DNA of 32,000 nt from Haloferax volcanii DS2 (GTDB lineage: Archaea > Halobacteriota > Halobacteria > Halobacteriales > Haloferacaceae). Both the position numbers and the translations under genes were made by a program. The stretch spans positions 2,670,001-2,702,000 of the forward strand of contig NC_013967.1 in assembly GCF_000025685.1 (NCBI RefSeq), given 5' to 3'. The notes under the pieces are model-generated. The model worked only from the letters and a program-made list of their open reading frames with translations, did not search any database and had not been told where the DNA came from. Below are positions 8,508 through 18,331 of the stretch, piece after piece (positions within the stretch are counted from its first letter, which is position 1; the number at the start of each line of letters is the position of its first letter).

Positions 8508-9884
8508 ATGGTCGAAGAGTTAACCTCGCAGGTCGACCCCGTCATCGTCCGCCTGTTCGTCGCGGCGGCGTTAGGGATGTTCCTCGGCTTGGAGCGCGAG
8601 CGGTCGAAAAAGAGCGCCGGCGTTCGAACGTTCACCCTGACGAGCCTCCTCGGCGGCATCGCCGTCGCAGTCGGGAGCGACATCCTTCTGGCGGTCGGGG
8701 GCCTGTTGGTGGTCGTCCAGGCGGTGTTGCTCGGGAGTCGCGGGCTGTTCGACCGCGGGCCGAACGGGCGGGGCGACGGAGCCGACTCGCAGGACGACGC
8801 CGAAACCGAAGGCGGCGACGAGTCCGATGCCCGCCGCGACGACGACAGCACCGCTGACAGCGCCGCTCGATTAGACGACCTCGGCGTGAGCCTCTCGCTC
8901 ACTACGTCCACGTCGCTTCTGGTCGCCTACGCGGTCGGCGCGGCGGTCGTAAGCGGCTTCGTCATCGAGGGCGTCGTCGTCGCGCTCACCTCGTCGCTCC
9001 TGTTGGTCCTGCGGCGAGAACTCCACGGGTTCGCGCGGCGACTGACGACCGACGAGGTCCGAAGCGCCGTCGAGTTCGCCATCATCGCGTTCGTCGTCTA
9101 CCCGTTGCTCCCCGAAAGACAGGTCGGTCCGTGGGACGCCGTCAGCCCCCGGACCGTCTGGCTGCTCGTCGTCGCGGTGAGCGCAATCGGCTTCGTCAAC
9201 TACGTCATCATCCGGCGATATGGCGAGCGCGGTATCGCCATCACGGGGTTTTTCGGCGGGCTGGTGAATTCGACGGCCGTCATCGGCGAGATAGCCGGGC
9301 GGACCACACGAAACCCGTCGATTCGGCCGCTCGCGGCCGCCGCGATTCTGATGGCCGACGCGGCAATGGCGCTGCGGAACCTCTCGCTCGTCGCCGTGTT
9401 CGTCCCGGAACTCGCGGTCGAGGTGGGGGTTCCACTCGGTCTCGTCGCGCTCGCCGGAGTGGGCTACGCGCTGCACTCCCGCGAGTGGAACGTCGACCTC
9501 GACGTGGCGTTCGAGTCGCCGTTCAGCCTCGAAAGCGCCCTCCGATTCGGCGTCTTCTTCCTCCTCGTGTTGCTCGCCTCCGCGGCGGCACAGGAGTACT
9601 TCGGCGCGACCGGGTTCGTCGTGACGAGCTTCCTCGGCGGACTCGTGTCGAGCGGCTCGGTCGTTACGACCGCCGTCACGCTCTACGACGGCGGCACTAT
9701 CGGCGGGACGACCGCGGTCGTCGGCGTCCTCGCCGGCACCGCCGCGAGCATCGCGGTCAAGGTCGCGCTCGCGGCGAGCGTCGACCGGGAGCTTCTCGGG
9801 CCGGTGGCCCGGCGAAGCGGGCTCCTCGTGGTCGCCGGCGTCGTCGGCGTCGTCATCGTCACTACCGTCGGCTTTCAGCCGTGA
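8508..9884 (+). CDS. MgtC/SapB-domain plus DUF4010 membrane protein
   Basis: 'VRLFVAAALGMFLGLERE' is the MgtC signature. A long polytopic C-terminal half follows an acidic linker. Start is ATG 8508 or the adjacent GTG 8505. Confidence 0.8.
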   Translation: MVEELTSQVDPVIVRLFVAAALGMFLGLERERSKKSAGVRTFTLTSLLGGIAVAVGSDILLAVGGLLVVVQAVLLGSRGLFDRGPNGRGDGADSQDDAETEGGDESDARRDDDSTADSAARLDDLGVSLSLTTSTSLLVAYAVGAAVVSGFVIEGVVVALTSSLLLVLRRELHGFARRLTTDEVRSAVEFAIIAFVVYPLLPERQVGPWDAVSPRTVWLLVVAVSAIGFVNYVIIRRYGERGIAITGFFGGLVNSTAVIGEIAGRTTRNPSIRPLAAAAILMADAAMALRNLSLVAVFVPELAVEVGVPLGLVALAGVGYALHSREWNVDLDVAFESPFSLESALRFGVFFLLVLLASAAAQEYFGATGFVVTSFLGGLVSSGSVVTTAVTLYDGGTIGGTTAVVGVLAGTAASIAVKVALAASVDRELLGPVARRSGLLVVAGVVGVVIVTTVGFQP

Positions 9885-10138
9885 GCGGGACTGGCGACCC
9901 CAACGCGAGCAGCCAGCGACCGCCGCGGGCGTGCGACCGGAGCGACGACGGCTCGCCGGGCGAGCCGATGGCTTGAGGTACGCCGAGGGCTATCGTCGCG
10001 CCACGACCAACGAGCGATGATACGCAACTCGACTCGACGAGACCGTGGCGAACCGCCCGAGGAGCGACAGCAGTCGGCTCCGAAGCCGAACGGACCGAGC
10101 GGAGCGAGGCGCGCGCCTCGTCGCGGGAGCGCCTGACC

Positions 10139-10570
10139 GTGTCGGACGCGACGCGCGCCACGCTCGCAGCAGGGACTCTCGTCGCGCTCGCCGCGACGAG
10201 CGGGAGCCTCTACTTCAGCCTCGGCCTCGGACTGACGCCCTGCGACCTCTGTTGGTACCAGCGCATCCTGATGTACCCGCTCGTCGTGGTGCTCGGGGTC
10301 GCCGCAGTCGAGGACCGACCCGACGTCTGGAAGACGGTGCTCCCCCTCTCGCTCGGCGGCCTCGCGCTTTCGGCCTACCATTCGTACCTGCAAGTCGCGC
10401 CCGGAGCGACCTGTACCGTCGGCGGCCCGTGTACGTCCATCCAGTATTCGATGCTCGGGGGCCTCCTGACGATTCCCCGACTCGCGTTCATCGGGTTCGC
10501 GCTCGTGACGGTTCTCGCGGTCGCCGTGGCCCGTGTCGGCGGCGAGACCGACGACGCGTGGGGCATCTAA
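10139..10570 (+). CDS. DsbB/BdbC-type disulfide bond formation membrane protein
   Basis: 'TPCDLCWYQRILMYP' (CxxC), a second Cys pair 'CTVGGPC', and four TM helices. GTG start. Confidence 0.8.
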   Translation: MSDATRATLAAGTLVALAATSGSLYFSLGLGLTPCDLCWYQRILMYPLVVVLGVAAVEDRPDVWKTVLPLSLGGLALSAYHSYLQVAPGATCTVGGPCTSIQYSMLGGLLTIPRLAFIGFALVTVLAVAVARVGGETDDAWGI

Positions 10571-12078
10571 TCGGAGAAATCGACCATCGGTTCGGGGTAG
10601 TCCACGCCCAACTCGACGCCGTAGGACGCCTGTTCGGCCCCGCTCAGTTTCCACGGTTCGTGAGCGTATTCGGCGGGTAACGCGTCGAGTTCGGGGAGCC
10701 ACGTTTTCACGTACTCGGCGTCCTCGTCGTAGCGGTTCGCCTGCCAGCGCACGTCGAACGAGCGCTCCCGCGAGTCGTTGCCGACGCCCGCGATGTAGGC
10801 CCAGTTGCCGTAGTTCGACGCGGGGTCGTAGTCGACGAGTCGCGTCTCGAAGTAGGCCGCGCCGCGTCGCCAGTCCAGTCTGAGGTCGTTGGCGAGGAAC
10901 GACGCCGCGTTCTGCCGCCCGCGGTTCGACATGTAACCCGTCGCGTTCAGTTCTCGCATGTTCGCGTCGACGAAGGGGATACCAGTTTTCCCCGCCGCCC
11001 AGCGCTCGAACTGCGCGTCGTCGCGTCGCCAGTCGATATCGGTCCGTTCGCGGATGCCCTCGCGGTGGAAGCAGTCGCTCCCGTGTTTGGCGAACTGGAA
11101 CTGGAAGAAGTCGCGCCAGCGGAGTTCGAATACGAGCCAGTACGTCGAGTCGTTTTCGACTCGGCGGTCCTCGTAGCGGTCCACCTCGGCCTTGACGTAC
11201 CGCGGCGAGAGACAGCCCTCGTTCAGCCACGGCGAGAACTTCGAGGAGTAGTCGGCTCCGAGCAGCCCGTTCCGCGCCTCCTTGTACTCGCGGAGGTGGT
11301 CGCCCGCCCAGATGTACGACTCAACGCGGTCGAGCGCGGCCGTCTCGCCGCCGTCGAAGGGGAGGACGCCGCGGTCGTCGGGAGCGCGGTCGGCGTTCGC
11401 GTCCGCGGTTCCGACGAGGTCCGAGACCGCGGGGAGGTCGCCCGCGTCGGGCGCGTCGTCGGGAAGCGGCGGGACGGTCGGTTCGGGAAGCGGGTCGCGG
11501 CCGCCGGGGTCGCCGTCGCTCGCGTGCTCGTCGCCGGCTGCTGCATCGCCCGTCCCGGCGTCTTCGGCGGCCAATTCGACCGCCTTCCGAAACGTCGTGT
11601 ACGTGTCCGGGAGGTCGGAAAGCGCCATCGGGAGGCCGTCGAGGTGGGTGAGCGTGTGCCCCCAGAAGCGCCGGAGTTCGACGCCGCCGTCTCGAAGTTC
11701 CGTTTCGACCGCCGATTCGACGCGCGACTCCTCGGGTGTCGGGCGCGTGTGGACCGTCACGAAGTCGGCGTCGACGGCGGCGGCCACCTCGGGGAGGACG
11801 GACTCGGGGCGACCCTCGCGGACGACGAGGTCGCTTCCGCGGTCGCGGAGCGACGCCCGCAGGTCGGCCAGCGATTCGAGGCGGAAGCGGGCGCGGTGCG
11901 CGCCGGTCTTCTCGAAGTCGAAGGAGTCGGGGCCGCCGAACGGTCGGTCGCCGTACTCGCGCGGGTCCACGCAGTAGACGGGAACCACGCGGTCGGCGTC
12001 GCAGGCGGCCGCGAACGCCGCGTTGTCGTGCAGACGGTGGTCGCGGCGGAACCACGCGAGCGAAGTTGGCTCGGACAT
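10567..12078 (-). CDS. cryptochrome/photolyase family protein, Cry-DASH-like
   Basis: 'LAWFRRDHRLHDN', 'WLVFELRWRDFF', 'TGIPFVDANMREL', 'TGYMSNRGRQNAASF', 'DYDPASNYGNWAY'. An acidic interdomain linker is present. Confidence 0.9.
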   Translation of the reverse strand: MSEPTSLAWFRRDHRLHDNAAFAAACDADRVVPVYCVDPREYGDRPFGGPDSFDFEKTGAHRARFRLESLADLRASLRDRGSDLVVREGRPESVLPEVAAAVDADFVTVHTRPTPEESRVESAVETELRDGGVELRRFWGHTLTHLDGLPMALSDLPDTYTTFRKAVELAAEDAGTGDAAAGDEHASDGDPGGRDPLPEPTVPPLPDDAPDAGDLPAVSDLVGTADANADRAPDDRGVLPFDGGETAALDRVESYIWAGDHLREYKEARNGLLGADYSSKFSPWLNEGCLSPRYVKAEVDRYEDRRVENDSTYWLVFELRWRDFFQFQFAKHGSDCFHREGIRERTDIDWRRDDAQFERWAAGKTGIPFVDANMRELNATGYMSNRGRQNAASFLANDLRLDWRRGAAYFETRLVDYDPASNYGNWAYIAGVGNDSRERSFDVRWQANRYDEDAEYVKTWLPELDALPAEYAHEPWKLSGAEQASYGVELGVDYPEPMVDFSD

Positions 12079-12182
12079 CGTCGGCGGCGCTTAGGATGGG
12101 GGTGACTTGAGTCGAACGGCGGATTCGGGGCTGATGGAATCGGGGCGGGTGGAATAGGACGGACCGCGACCGTGTCTCCGAG

Positions 12183-12731
12183 CTACGTTCGGCTTCGCGT
12201 CCGCAATCCGAGCTCTGCGCCGGCGACGACGGCGACGGCGGTGAGCGCGAGCCCGGCGACGAGCCGCGGGTCCACGCGGTCGATGACGGGGACGCCCATC
12301 CAGCCGGCGAAGAGGAGCGCGAGCCCGGCGAGACAGGTCGCGAGCGACAGGAGCGCGAAGGGAGCTTGCGTCGGCTCCGCGTCGTCCAAGAAGTAGTCGA
12401 GTTCGGCCGCGCTCGACCCGAGCGAGACAGTCTTCGCCCGCGAGTCGTACGCGACGATGCGGAGCGAATCGAGCTTGGGCAGATGGGTCTGATGCAGCGA
12501 GATGTAGACGCTCTGGCGAACGTTCTTCGGGGGCGGCGACTCGCCGGACTCTATCTCGGCGATGTGCTCCGCGAGGTCACCGACCGACTCCGGCCCGTCA
12601 CCGTCGCGCAACCGTTCGAGCGCGAGCCGTCGCCGCTCGTTTCTGAGCACGTCGTGGATGTCGGCCTCGTCGAGCGAGTCGTCCGCCTGTTCTTCGTCTC
12701 CGGGCGGAGTCGACGAGTCAGCGTCGTCCAT
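12183..12731 (-). CDS. wHTH protein with a C-terminal two-TM anchor (haloarchaeal DUF7344-like)
   Basis: 'HDVLRNERRRLALERL...VGDLAEHIAEIE...VRQSVYISLHQTHLPKLDSLRIVAYD' is followed by 'FALLSLATCLAGLALLFAGW' and 'LVAGLALTAVAVVAGA'. The start lies 8 nt after the spoVR stop, with GGAG just upstream. Confidence 0.6.
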   Translation of the reverse strand: MDDADSSTPPGDEEQADDSLDEADIHDVLRNERRRLALERLRDGDGPESVGDLAEHIAEIESGESPPPKNVRQSVYISLHQTHLPKLDSLRIVAYDSRAKTVSLGSSAAELDYFLDDAEPTQAPFALLSLATCLAGLALLFAGWMGVPVIDRVDPRLVAGLALTAVAVVAGAELGLRTRSRT

Positions 12732-12739
12732 CGCTCCGC

Positions 12740-14749
12740 TCAGAGCCAGTCATCGGGCTTCGTGTCGTAGTCGACCTCGCCGGCGGCGATGCGGGCTTCC
12801 AGTTCGGGGTCGAGGTCGTGTTCCTCGAACGACTCGCCGTCGTACCGAATCCGGATGGCTCGCTCTTCGGGCGTCGGCTCGCGCCCCCGTCGCCGGGCGA
12901 CTTCGACCTCGTGTTCGTCGAACTCCTTCGTGATGGTCATCAGATTCACCGGCCGGCCCCAGAGGTGGTAGACGCGCTCCAAGACGCCCTTGGCCTGCTT
13001 CATGTCGAGGATGACGCCGTTGTACTGGTGGCCCAAGAGGAGTTCCCCGCGGTTGTCGAAGTTCCCGTCGTACACCGCGATGGTCGGCTTCCCGAAGTTG
13101 GTGAACTGGAACAGGAGCTTCTTTTTCACGTCCCGGTACTCCGACGAGGAGACGCGGAACTGCCGGGACGACTGGGAGTACTCGTAGGCGAAGTAGTGGT
13201 TCGCGCGGACGAACTCCTCGGAGAGGAACGCGTCGAGGAACGTCACGTCGTTGTGGCTCTCGCGAATCTCGCGCATCCGGTCCCAGCCGGCGGTCTTGTC
13301 CACGTCGGCGAGGGCGTCTTCGACGCTGTCGTACACCTCGTCGTCGAACATATACCGCGAGAGCTGTTCGAGTTCGGAGCGCCGAATCCGGCTGAGGAAC
13401 CCCCGGTTCTGCGACTTGACGAGCGAGTAGTGTCGCTCCGCGAGCCCCTCGTAGGTGAGGAGCTTCCACGGGTAGGCATCGAGGTCGAGCGAGTCGTCGC
13501 CCGACAGCGCCCTGTCGAGCGTCTCGTGGTCGACTCTCGGGTCGTCGGGGCCGAGTTCGGACAGTTCGTCGAGCGAGTCGGCGCTGACGCCGTCGATAGC
13601 TGGGTCCGCCCGGAGGTGTTCCTGCACCTCGTCGAAGTCGACCGTCTCGTGGAAGTTGCGCCACGTGACGCCCGTCACGCGCAGGAGTTTGTCTGCGACC
13701 TCCGCGCGGTTCGTCGAGTTCTCGATGTACTCCCACAGCTCCTTGCCGAGCTTGTAGGGGTTGAGCCCGGGCGACCCGAGGACGCGCGACTGGTGGTCGG
13801 CGTAGGTGATGAACTCGTCCGTGCCCGCGAAGCGCTCGTCGCCCATCATGAGCGACTCCCAGTAGGCCGCCCAGCCCTCGTTCATCACCTTCGTCATCTT
13901 CTGGGCGGCGAAGTAGTACGCCTCCTCGCGGAGCATGTCGAGGACGTCCTTCTGCCACGGCTCCATCTCTTCGGCCTTGCCCGTCTCCTCGTCGTACCGC
14001 ATCCCGTGTTCGCGGACGTACGCGAGCACGTCCTTCCGGGGGTCGGTGAGCTTCGCGGCCTCGCGTTCGGCCTCCTCGACCTGTTCGAGCCACGCGTCGT
14101 CGAACACCTCGCGGCGCACGTCGTCGGAGATGTCGAGGCTGTCCAACTGGGCGCGGATGTCCTCGGGGATGCGGCCGTCCTCGTCGGCGGCGGCCTCGCG
14201 GATGGTCCGGTGCTGGTCGATGGTGTCTTCCAGACAGAGCACGGCGTCGATGAACTTCTCCACGTCGTCCCGGCTGATGTCGGGGTTCTGGACGTACCGC
14301 TCGATGGTCTGGGCGTGGCGTTCGAGCATCGCCGCGGCGGCGAACTGCCCCTCGTCGGAGAACAGCCCGAACCACTGGTTGTTCTTGAAGAAGTCCGAGT
14401 GCGCCTCGACGTGGGTGATGACGGCCTTCTGGTCGGCCAACGAGTTCGACTCCTGGAGGAAGGCGTTCGCGGGGTCGTCGTTGTTGACGATTTCGAACGC
14501 CTTGCCCATGCCGAACTGGTCGGTCTTCCGCTGGCGGTCGTAGGTCATCCCCCACCGCCAGTGCGGATACCGCTCTTGGAAGCCGCCGTAGGCGATGAGC
14601 TGGTTCATCTCGTCGTAGTTGACCACCCAGTAGTTCACCGGGTAGGGGTCGAGTCCGAGCTTCTTGGCGAGCGCGCCGGCCTCCCGGACGGGCTCGTCGA
14701 GTCTGGCGGCCTCGCGCTGTGCGTCTCTGCGGTGTCGTCTGAAACTCAT
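12740..14749 (-). CDS. SpoVR family protein
   Basis: 669 aa. '[33 protein letters not shown]', '[12 protein letters not shown]'. The start overlaps the upstream stop as ATGA. Confidence 0.9.
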   Translation of the reverse strand: MSFRRHRRDAQREAARLDEPVREAGALAKKLGLDPYPVNYWVVNYDEMNQLIAYGGFQERYPHWRWGMTYDRQRKTDQFGMGKAFEIVNNDDPANAFLQESNSLADQKAVITHVEAHSDFFKNNQWFGLFSDEGQFAAAAMLERHAQTIERYVQNPDISRDDVEKFIDAVLCLEDTIDQHRTIREAAADEDGRIPEDIRAQLDSLDISDDVRREVFDDAWLEQVEEAEREAAKLTDPRKDVLAYVREHGMRYDEETGKAEEMEPWQKDVLDMLREEAYYFAAQKMTKVMNEGWAAYWESLMMGDERFAGTDEFITYADHQSRVLGSPGLNPYKLGKELWEYIENSTNRAEVADKLLRVTGVTWRNFHETVDFDEVQEHLRADPAIDGVSADSLDELSELGPDDPRVDHETLDRALSGDDSLDLDAYPWKLLTYEGLAERHYSLVKSQNRGFLSRIRRSELEQLSRYMFDDEVYDSVEDALADVDKTAGWDRMREIRESHNDVTFLDAFLSEEFVRANHYFAYEYSQSSRQFRVSSSEYRDVKKKLLFQFTNFGKPTIAVYDGNFDNRGELLLGHQYNGVILDMKQAKGVLERVYHLWGRPVNLMTITKEFDEHEVEVARRRGREPTPEERAIRIRYDGESFEEHDLDPELEARIAAGEVDYDTKPDDWL

Positions 14750-16065
14750 TCTGCTGTCGCCTCCGTGCTGAGGATGGTGTAGATGGCGTCGATGACGTCG
14801 TCGGGCTCCGAGACGTACGCGACCACGACGTTACCCTGCTCTCCGAGGCTCCGTTCGACCTCTTCTGCGTGGGTGGCGTTGATTGCGGTCCCGCCGGGCT
14901 GGGTCTCCACGTAGGCGTGGAGGTTCGCGTCTATCTCCTGCATGAGCGGGACGACCCGCTCTTTCGTGTCGTTCGAGGAGTTCTCGGAGTCGCCCGCGGC
15001 GAAGACGTAGCGGTTCCACTCGCGCCACGGGTAGCGCTCGTCTAAGACCTCCTTGGCCAGCTCGTAGGCCGACGAGATTCGCGTCCCGCCGCCCGAGCGG
15101 ATGCCGAAGAACTCGTCGCGTTCGACCTCCCACGCCTCGGCGTCGTGGGCGATGTAGACGAACTCGGCGTGGTCGTACTTGCCCGTGAGATACCAGTCCA
15201 GCGGCGTGAACGTGCGCTCGACGAGTTCGCGCTTCGTCTCCCGCATCGACCCCGACACGTCGCGGATGTTGACGACCACGACGTTCGACTGCTTCTTCTC
15301 GATGACTTCGGGGTGGCGGTAGCGCTCGTCCTCGCGGCGGAACGGAATCTCGCGGAGCCCCTCCCGGCGGATGCGCTGGATGGCCGTCGTCCGCTCGACG
15401 TTCTCCTCCATCTCCGCGAAGGAGGCCCACGCCCCGCGTTCGTCGTCCGGGATGCGGCTCCACTCGTCTTCTATCCACGCCATCGAGACGAGGATGTTGT
15501 TCTCGCGGCACCATTCGAACACCTCGCGGGCGGTGGTGCCCTCGACCTTCATCGCCTCGCGGACGAACTCCTCGTCGAAGTCCATCGCCAGCTTGCGCTT
15601 CAGGCCCTCCTTGAACAGGCGCTCGAAGTCGAGGGTGCTGTGGGGGCCGCTCCGGGTGATGTCGGTGAAGTCGCCTTCGACCTCCTCTACGACCTCCTTG
15701 CCCTTCGGTTCGAGTTCGAGGCCGAGTTCCTCGTCTAACGCCTCCGCGAACTGCTCGGGGTCCATCTCGTAGTACTCGTGTTCGGCCCCCTCCTCGCCGG
15801 GGTCGCCGTCTTCGCCCTCGCCGTCGCCGGGCTCGGGCTGGCCGAGCGGCTGGCCCACGTCGGGCGTGCCGCCTTTCCCCTGTCCGACGCCGCCCATGTC
15901 GAGGCGGTCGTACTTGAACTCCGGCAGGTCAACGACCTTGATGGGTATCTTGATGTCTTTCGACCCGGACGCGCCGAGGTCGCCGTAGGAGATGAACTCC
16001 TTGAGGTCTTCGCGGCGCTCTTCGCCCACTTCGCGGAATCGTTCGAGGTCGTCTCTCAGTCCCAT
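14746..16065 (-). CDS. YeaH/YhbH family protein (DUF444/UPF0229, vWA-like)
   Basis: ATG at 16065 ([12 protein letters not shown]...). '[15 protein letters not shown]', MIDAS-like '[10 protein letters not shown]', '[10 protein letters not shown]'. The track ORF extension to 16518 is an Arg-rich artefact. Confidence 0.9.
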   Translation of the reverse strand: MGLRDDLERFREVGEERREDLKEFISYGDLGASGSKDIKIPIKVVDLPEFKYDRLDMGGVGQGKGGTPDVGQPLGQPEPGDGEGEDGDPGEEGAEHEYYEMDPEQFAEALDEELGLELEPKGKEVVEEVEGDFTDITRSGPHSTLDFERLFKEGLKRKLAMDFDEEFVREAMKVEGTTAREVFEWCRENNILVSMAWIEDEWSRIPDDERGAWASFAEMEENVERTTAIQRIRREGLREIPFRREDERYRHPEVIEKKQSNVVVVNIRDVSGSMRETKRELVERTFTPLDWYLTGKYDHAEFVYIAHDAEAWEVERDEFFGIRSGGGTRISSAYELAKEVLDERYPWREWNRYVFAAGDSENSSNDTKERVVPLMQEIDANLHAYVETQPGGTAINATHAEEVERSLGEQGNVVVAYVSEPDDVIDAIYTILSTEATAE

Positions 16066-18329
16066 GTGTGGCTCACCTCCTTCATCACGGCGCGGCTGGT
16101 CAGTTCGGCCGACGCGGCGGTGTAGCCGCGGTCGACCAGTTCGTCGATGGTGCGGGCTTTCACCCGCGCCGTCTCGGTGTTCGCCGGCGGGTCGTCCCAC
16201 TGGCGGGGGTCGAGGTCGGCAAACAGCCGGCGCACGTCCTCCCAGTCGTGGGTTTCGAGCACCGTCCGGATGACCGGAATCTCGGTGAGGTCCACGTCGG
16301 AGACGGTAAAGCCCTCGTCGCGGTTCTCCCACGCGTAGCGGTTGAGCGCGGTGATGACCTTCTCGTTGCGGAACTCCTCGACCGACTCGGAGGGCTCGTT
16401 GCCCTCGTAGTCGTCCGGCGAGAAGCGCCCGAGGTGCTCGGTCTCGAACAGTTTCATCAGAAGCGGGTCGGGGTCGACCGGCCCGCGTTCGGTCTCTATC
16501 TGTCCGTCGGACGCCCACGCGTAGACGTGTTCGACGTACTCCTCGACCGTCTCGCGCTCGACCCCTTTGTCCGCGAGGAGCGCGTCGAGCACGTCGGCCT
16601 CCTGCTGGTCGAAGATGTACGATTTGACGGCCGCGATGCGGCCCTCGTACTCCGAGGACTCCGCCCGCGAGAACACGGGCGCGTCCGAGAGTTCTGCGAC
16701 CATCTCGTCGAGCACGTCGGTCGGCATCACCACCGACGACACGTCGAGGTCGGGGTGTCTGCGGTCGATGCGGTCGTGGAGCAAGTCAGCGATGACATCG
16801 CGGGTGAACGTCACGGGAATCCCGTGGGTTCCCTCGGCGTCGCCGACGAACTCGAACGCGGACACCTCGCGGCGCTGGTCACCGACTTGCAGGTAGCCGC
16901 GGTCGAACAACAGCGCCTTGTCCACGAGGTCGAATTCGAGGTCCGGGTCGCGCGGCACGTCGTCGTCGTCGAGGCGGGTTACGACGCTGTATAGCGCGGC
17001 GGCCTCGACGGTGTGGGGCGCGAGTTCGCGGGTGCGGACCTCGCCCGGTCCCTCGCGGACGTCCAGTGCGACGGCCTCGGCGACGCGGTCGGCCATCGCC
17101 TCGGGGTCGTCGGTCCAGACGCTCGTCTCGTTGGTCAGTTCGCGGCGGATGAGTTCGGCCTCCAGCGAGAGGTTCGTCAGGTAGCGGAACTCGTGTTTGT
17201 TGAGCCGGCGCTTGAGCGCCTTCAGCGGGTCGCGGCCGTTCCTGTCGGCGTACTTGTCGAGTTCGGCGTCGAGGTCCGGGTTCGAGATGATGACGAGCTG
17301 GGTGTCGATGTCCATCCCGATACCCTTGTCCAGTTTGACGTGCCCCTCGTCGGGGACGTTCAGGAGCTTCTGGAGCAGGTCGGCGTGCTGGGTGGCGTCC
17401 TCGACGATGGTGAGGAGGCCGTTGCCCTGCGACAGCACGCCGTCGTAGCTGAACGCCTGCGGGTTCTTCCGGCCGCGGGAGTTCAGCTCGCGGAGCATGC
17501 TCGGCATCCACGACCCGACCAGTCGCTCCTTGGGCGACCCGTCGTCCTCCGAGTGGAGGACGCCGACGCCGCGGCCGACGTCGACGACGTAGTTCTTCAC
17601 CCGGAGGTGTTTCGGGTCGGTGACGGCGCTGAAGAGGTCGGTTTTCCCCGCCCGGCGGAACTCCTCTTCGAGGTAGGTGTACGCCTCCAGACAGAACGGG
17701 TCGAGGTCCTCGTCCACGTCGACGGGGATGTGGTCGCCGTTCCTGCTGTTGAGGTCGGCGAGCAGCCGCTTGCGAACCTCCGCGGGGAACACCGAAAGCG
17801 GGTGCGACTGGACCGGACTTTCGTACCAGTCCTCGTCGGCGGCGTCGACCTCGCCGCCGTAGGACAGCCCGCGGGTGTCGTCGGCGTTGGCGACGTTCCA
17901 CTCGACGGTGTAGCGTCGCCCCGCGTCGGTCTTCGAGTACTCCCGAAGCCCGTTGATGAGACAGCGTTTCAACTCGGATTTCCCCGTGGCCGTCGGGCCG
18001 TCGAACCAGACGATTTTCTCGGCTTTGCCGCGGTCGGCGGCGATGGTCCGCAGGTCGTCCACGAAAGCGTTGAGCACCTCCGTGTTGCCGAGGACCGCGT
18101 GCTCGCCGTCGTTGGCGGGGTCGTCGAAAAAGCGGTAGCGCTGTTTTTCCGCGCCCTGTTCGACCACCTGTCTGGTCCCCATCGACTCGATGGCTTCCAG
18201 GAGGTACTTCGACGCGTGGGAGGCGATAGACGGGGACTCGAACGCGGCGTCGACGTACTCGCCGAGGCTCATCGGCTCCTCGTAGGTGCCGCGGAGCGCC
18301 TCGTCCGCCTCGCGGATGTAGTCTCGCAT
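16056..18329 (-). CDS. PrkA-family AAA+/kinase-like protein, second paralog
   Basis: ATG at 18329 ([10 protein letters not shown]...). Walker A '[11 protein letters not shown]'. 757 aa, colinear with the PrkA architecture. It overlaps the downstream gene by 10 nt. Confidence 0.85.
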   Translation of the reverse strand: MRDYIREADEALRGTYEEPMSLGEYVDAAFESPSIASHASKYLLEAIESMGTRQVVEQGAEKQRYRFFDDPANDGEHAVLGNTEVLNAFVDDLRTIAADRGKAEKIVWFDGPTATGKSELKRCLINGLREYSKTDAGRRYTVEWNVANADDTRGLSYGGEVDAADEDWYESPVQSHPLSVFPAEVRKRLLADLNSRNGDHIPVDVDEDLDPFCLEAYTYLEEEFRRAGKTDLFSAVTDPKHLRVKNYVVDVGRGVGVLHSEDDGSPKERLVGSWMPSMLRELNSRGRKNPQAFSYDGVLSQGNGLLTIVEDATQHADLLQKLLNVPDEGHVKLDKGIGMDIDTQLVIISNPDLDAELDKYADRNGRDPLKALKRRLNKHEFRYLTNLSLEAELIRRELTNETSVWTDDPEAMADRVAEAVALDVREGPGEVRTRELAPHTVEAAALYSVVTRLDDDDVPRDPDLEFDLVDKALLFDRGYLQVGDQRREVSAFEFVGDAEGTHGIPVTFTRDVIADLLHDRIDRRHPDLDVSSVVMPTDVLDEMVAELSDAPVFSRAESSEYEGRIAAVKSYIFDQQEADVLDALLADKGVERETVEEYVEHVYAWASDGQIETERGPVDPDPLLMKLFETEHLGRFSPDDYEGNEPSESVEEFRNEKVITALNRYAWENRDEGFTVSDVDLTEIPVIRTVLETHDWEDVRRLFADLDPRQWDDPPANTETARVKARTIDELVDRGYTAASAELTSRAVMKEVSHTWD

Positions 18330-18331
18330 GG

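Noticed and set aside
8750-8885. An Asp/Glu-rich insertion of about 45 aa between the MgtC and DUF4010 halves. Similar acidic linkers occur in the Cry-DASH-like and YeaH proteins.
   Set aside because: Acidic low-complexity linkers are a general feature of halophile proteins and are not evidence of a special function.
9862-10161. A 99-aa minus-strand ORF filling the MgtC / DsbB-like intergenic gap.
   Set aside because: The product is basic and Ser/Arg/Ala-rich with no motif or promoter signal, and its composition is atypical for this proteome.
12818-14782. Very long ORFs lying antisense to or overlapping the called genes. Examples: 12818..14782 (+), 12750..14555 (-), 30594..31868 (-), 9875..11230 (-), 11065..12105 (+), 16068..16994 (+), 17013..18407 (+), 25837..27162 (-), 27565..28845 (+), 1270..2616 (-).
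   Set aside because: Their translations are Arg/Gly/Pro/Val-rich, basic and low in complexity, with no motifs. The overlapping frames encode acidic proteins with clear family signatures. Stop-codon scarcity in high-GC DNA routinely produces such shadow ORFs.
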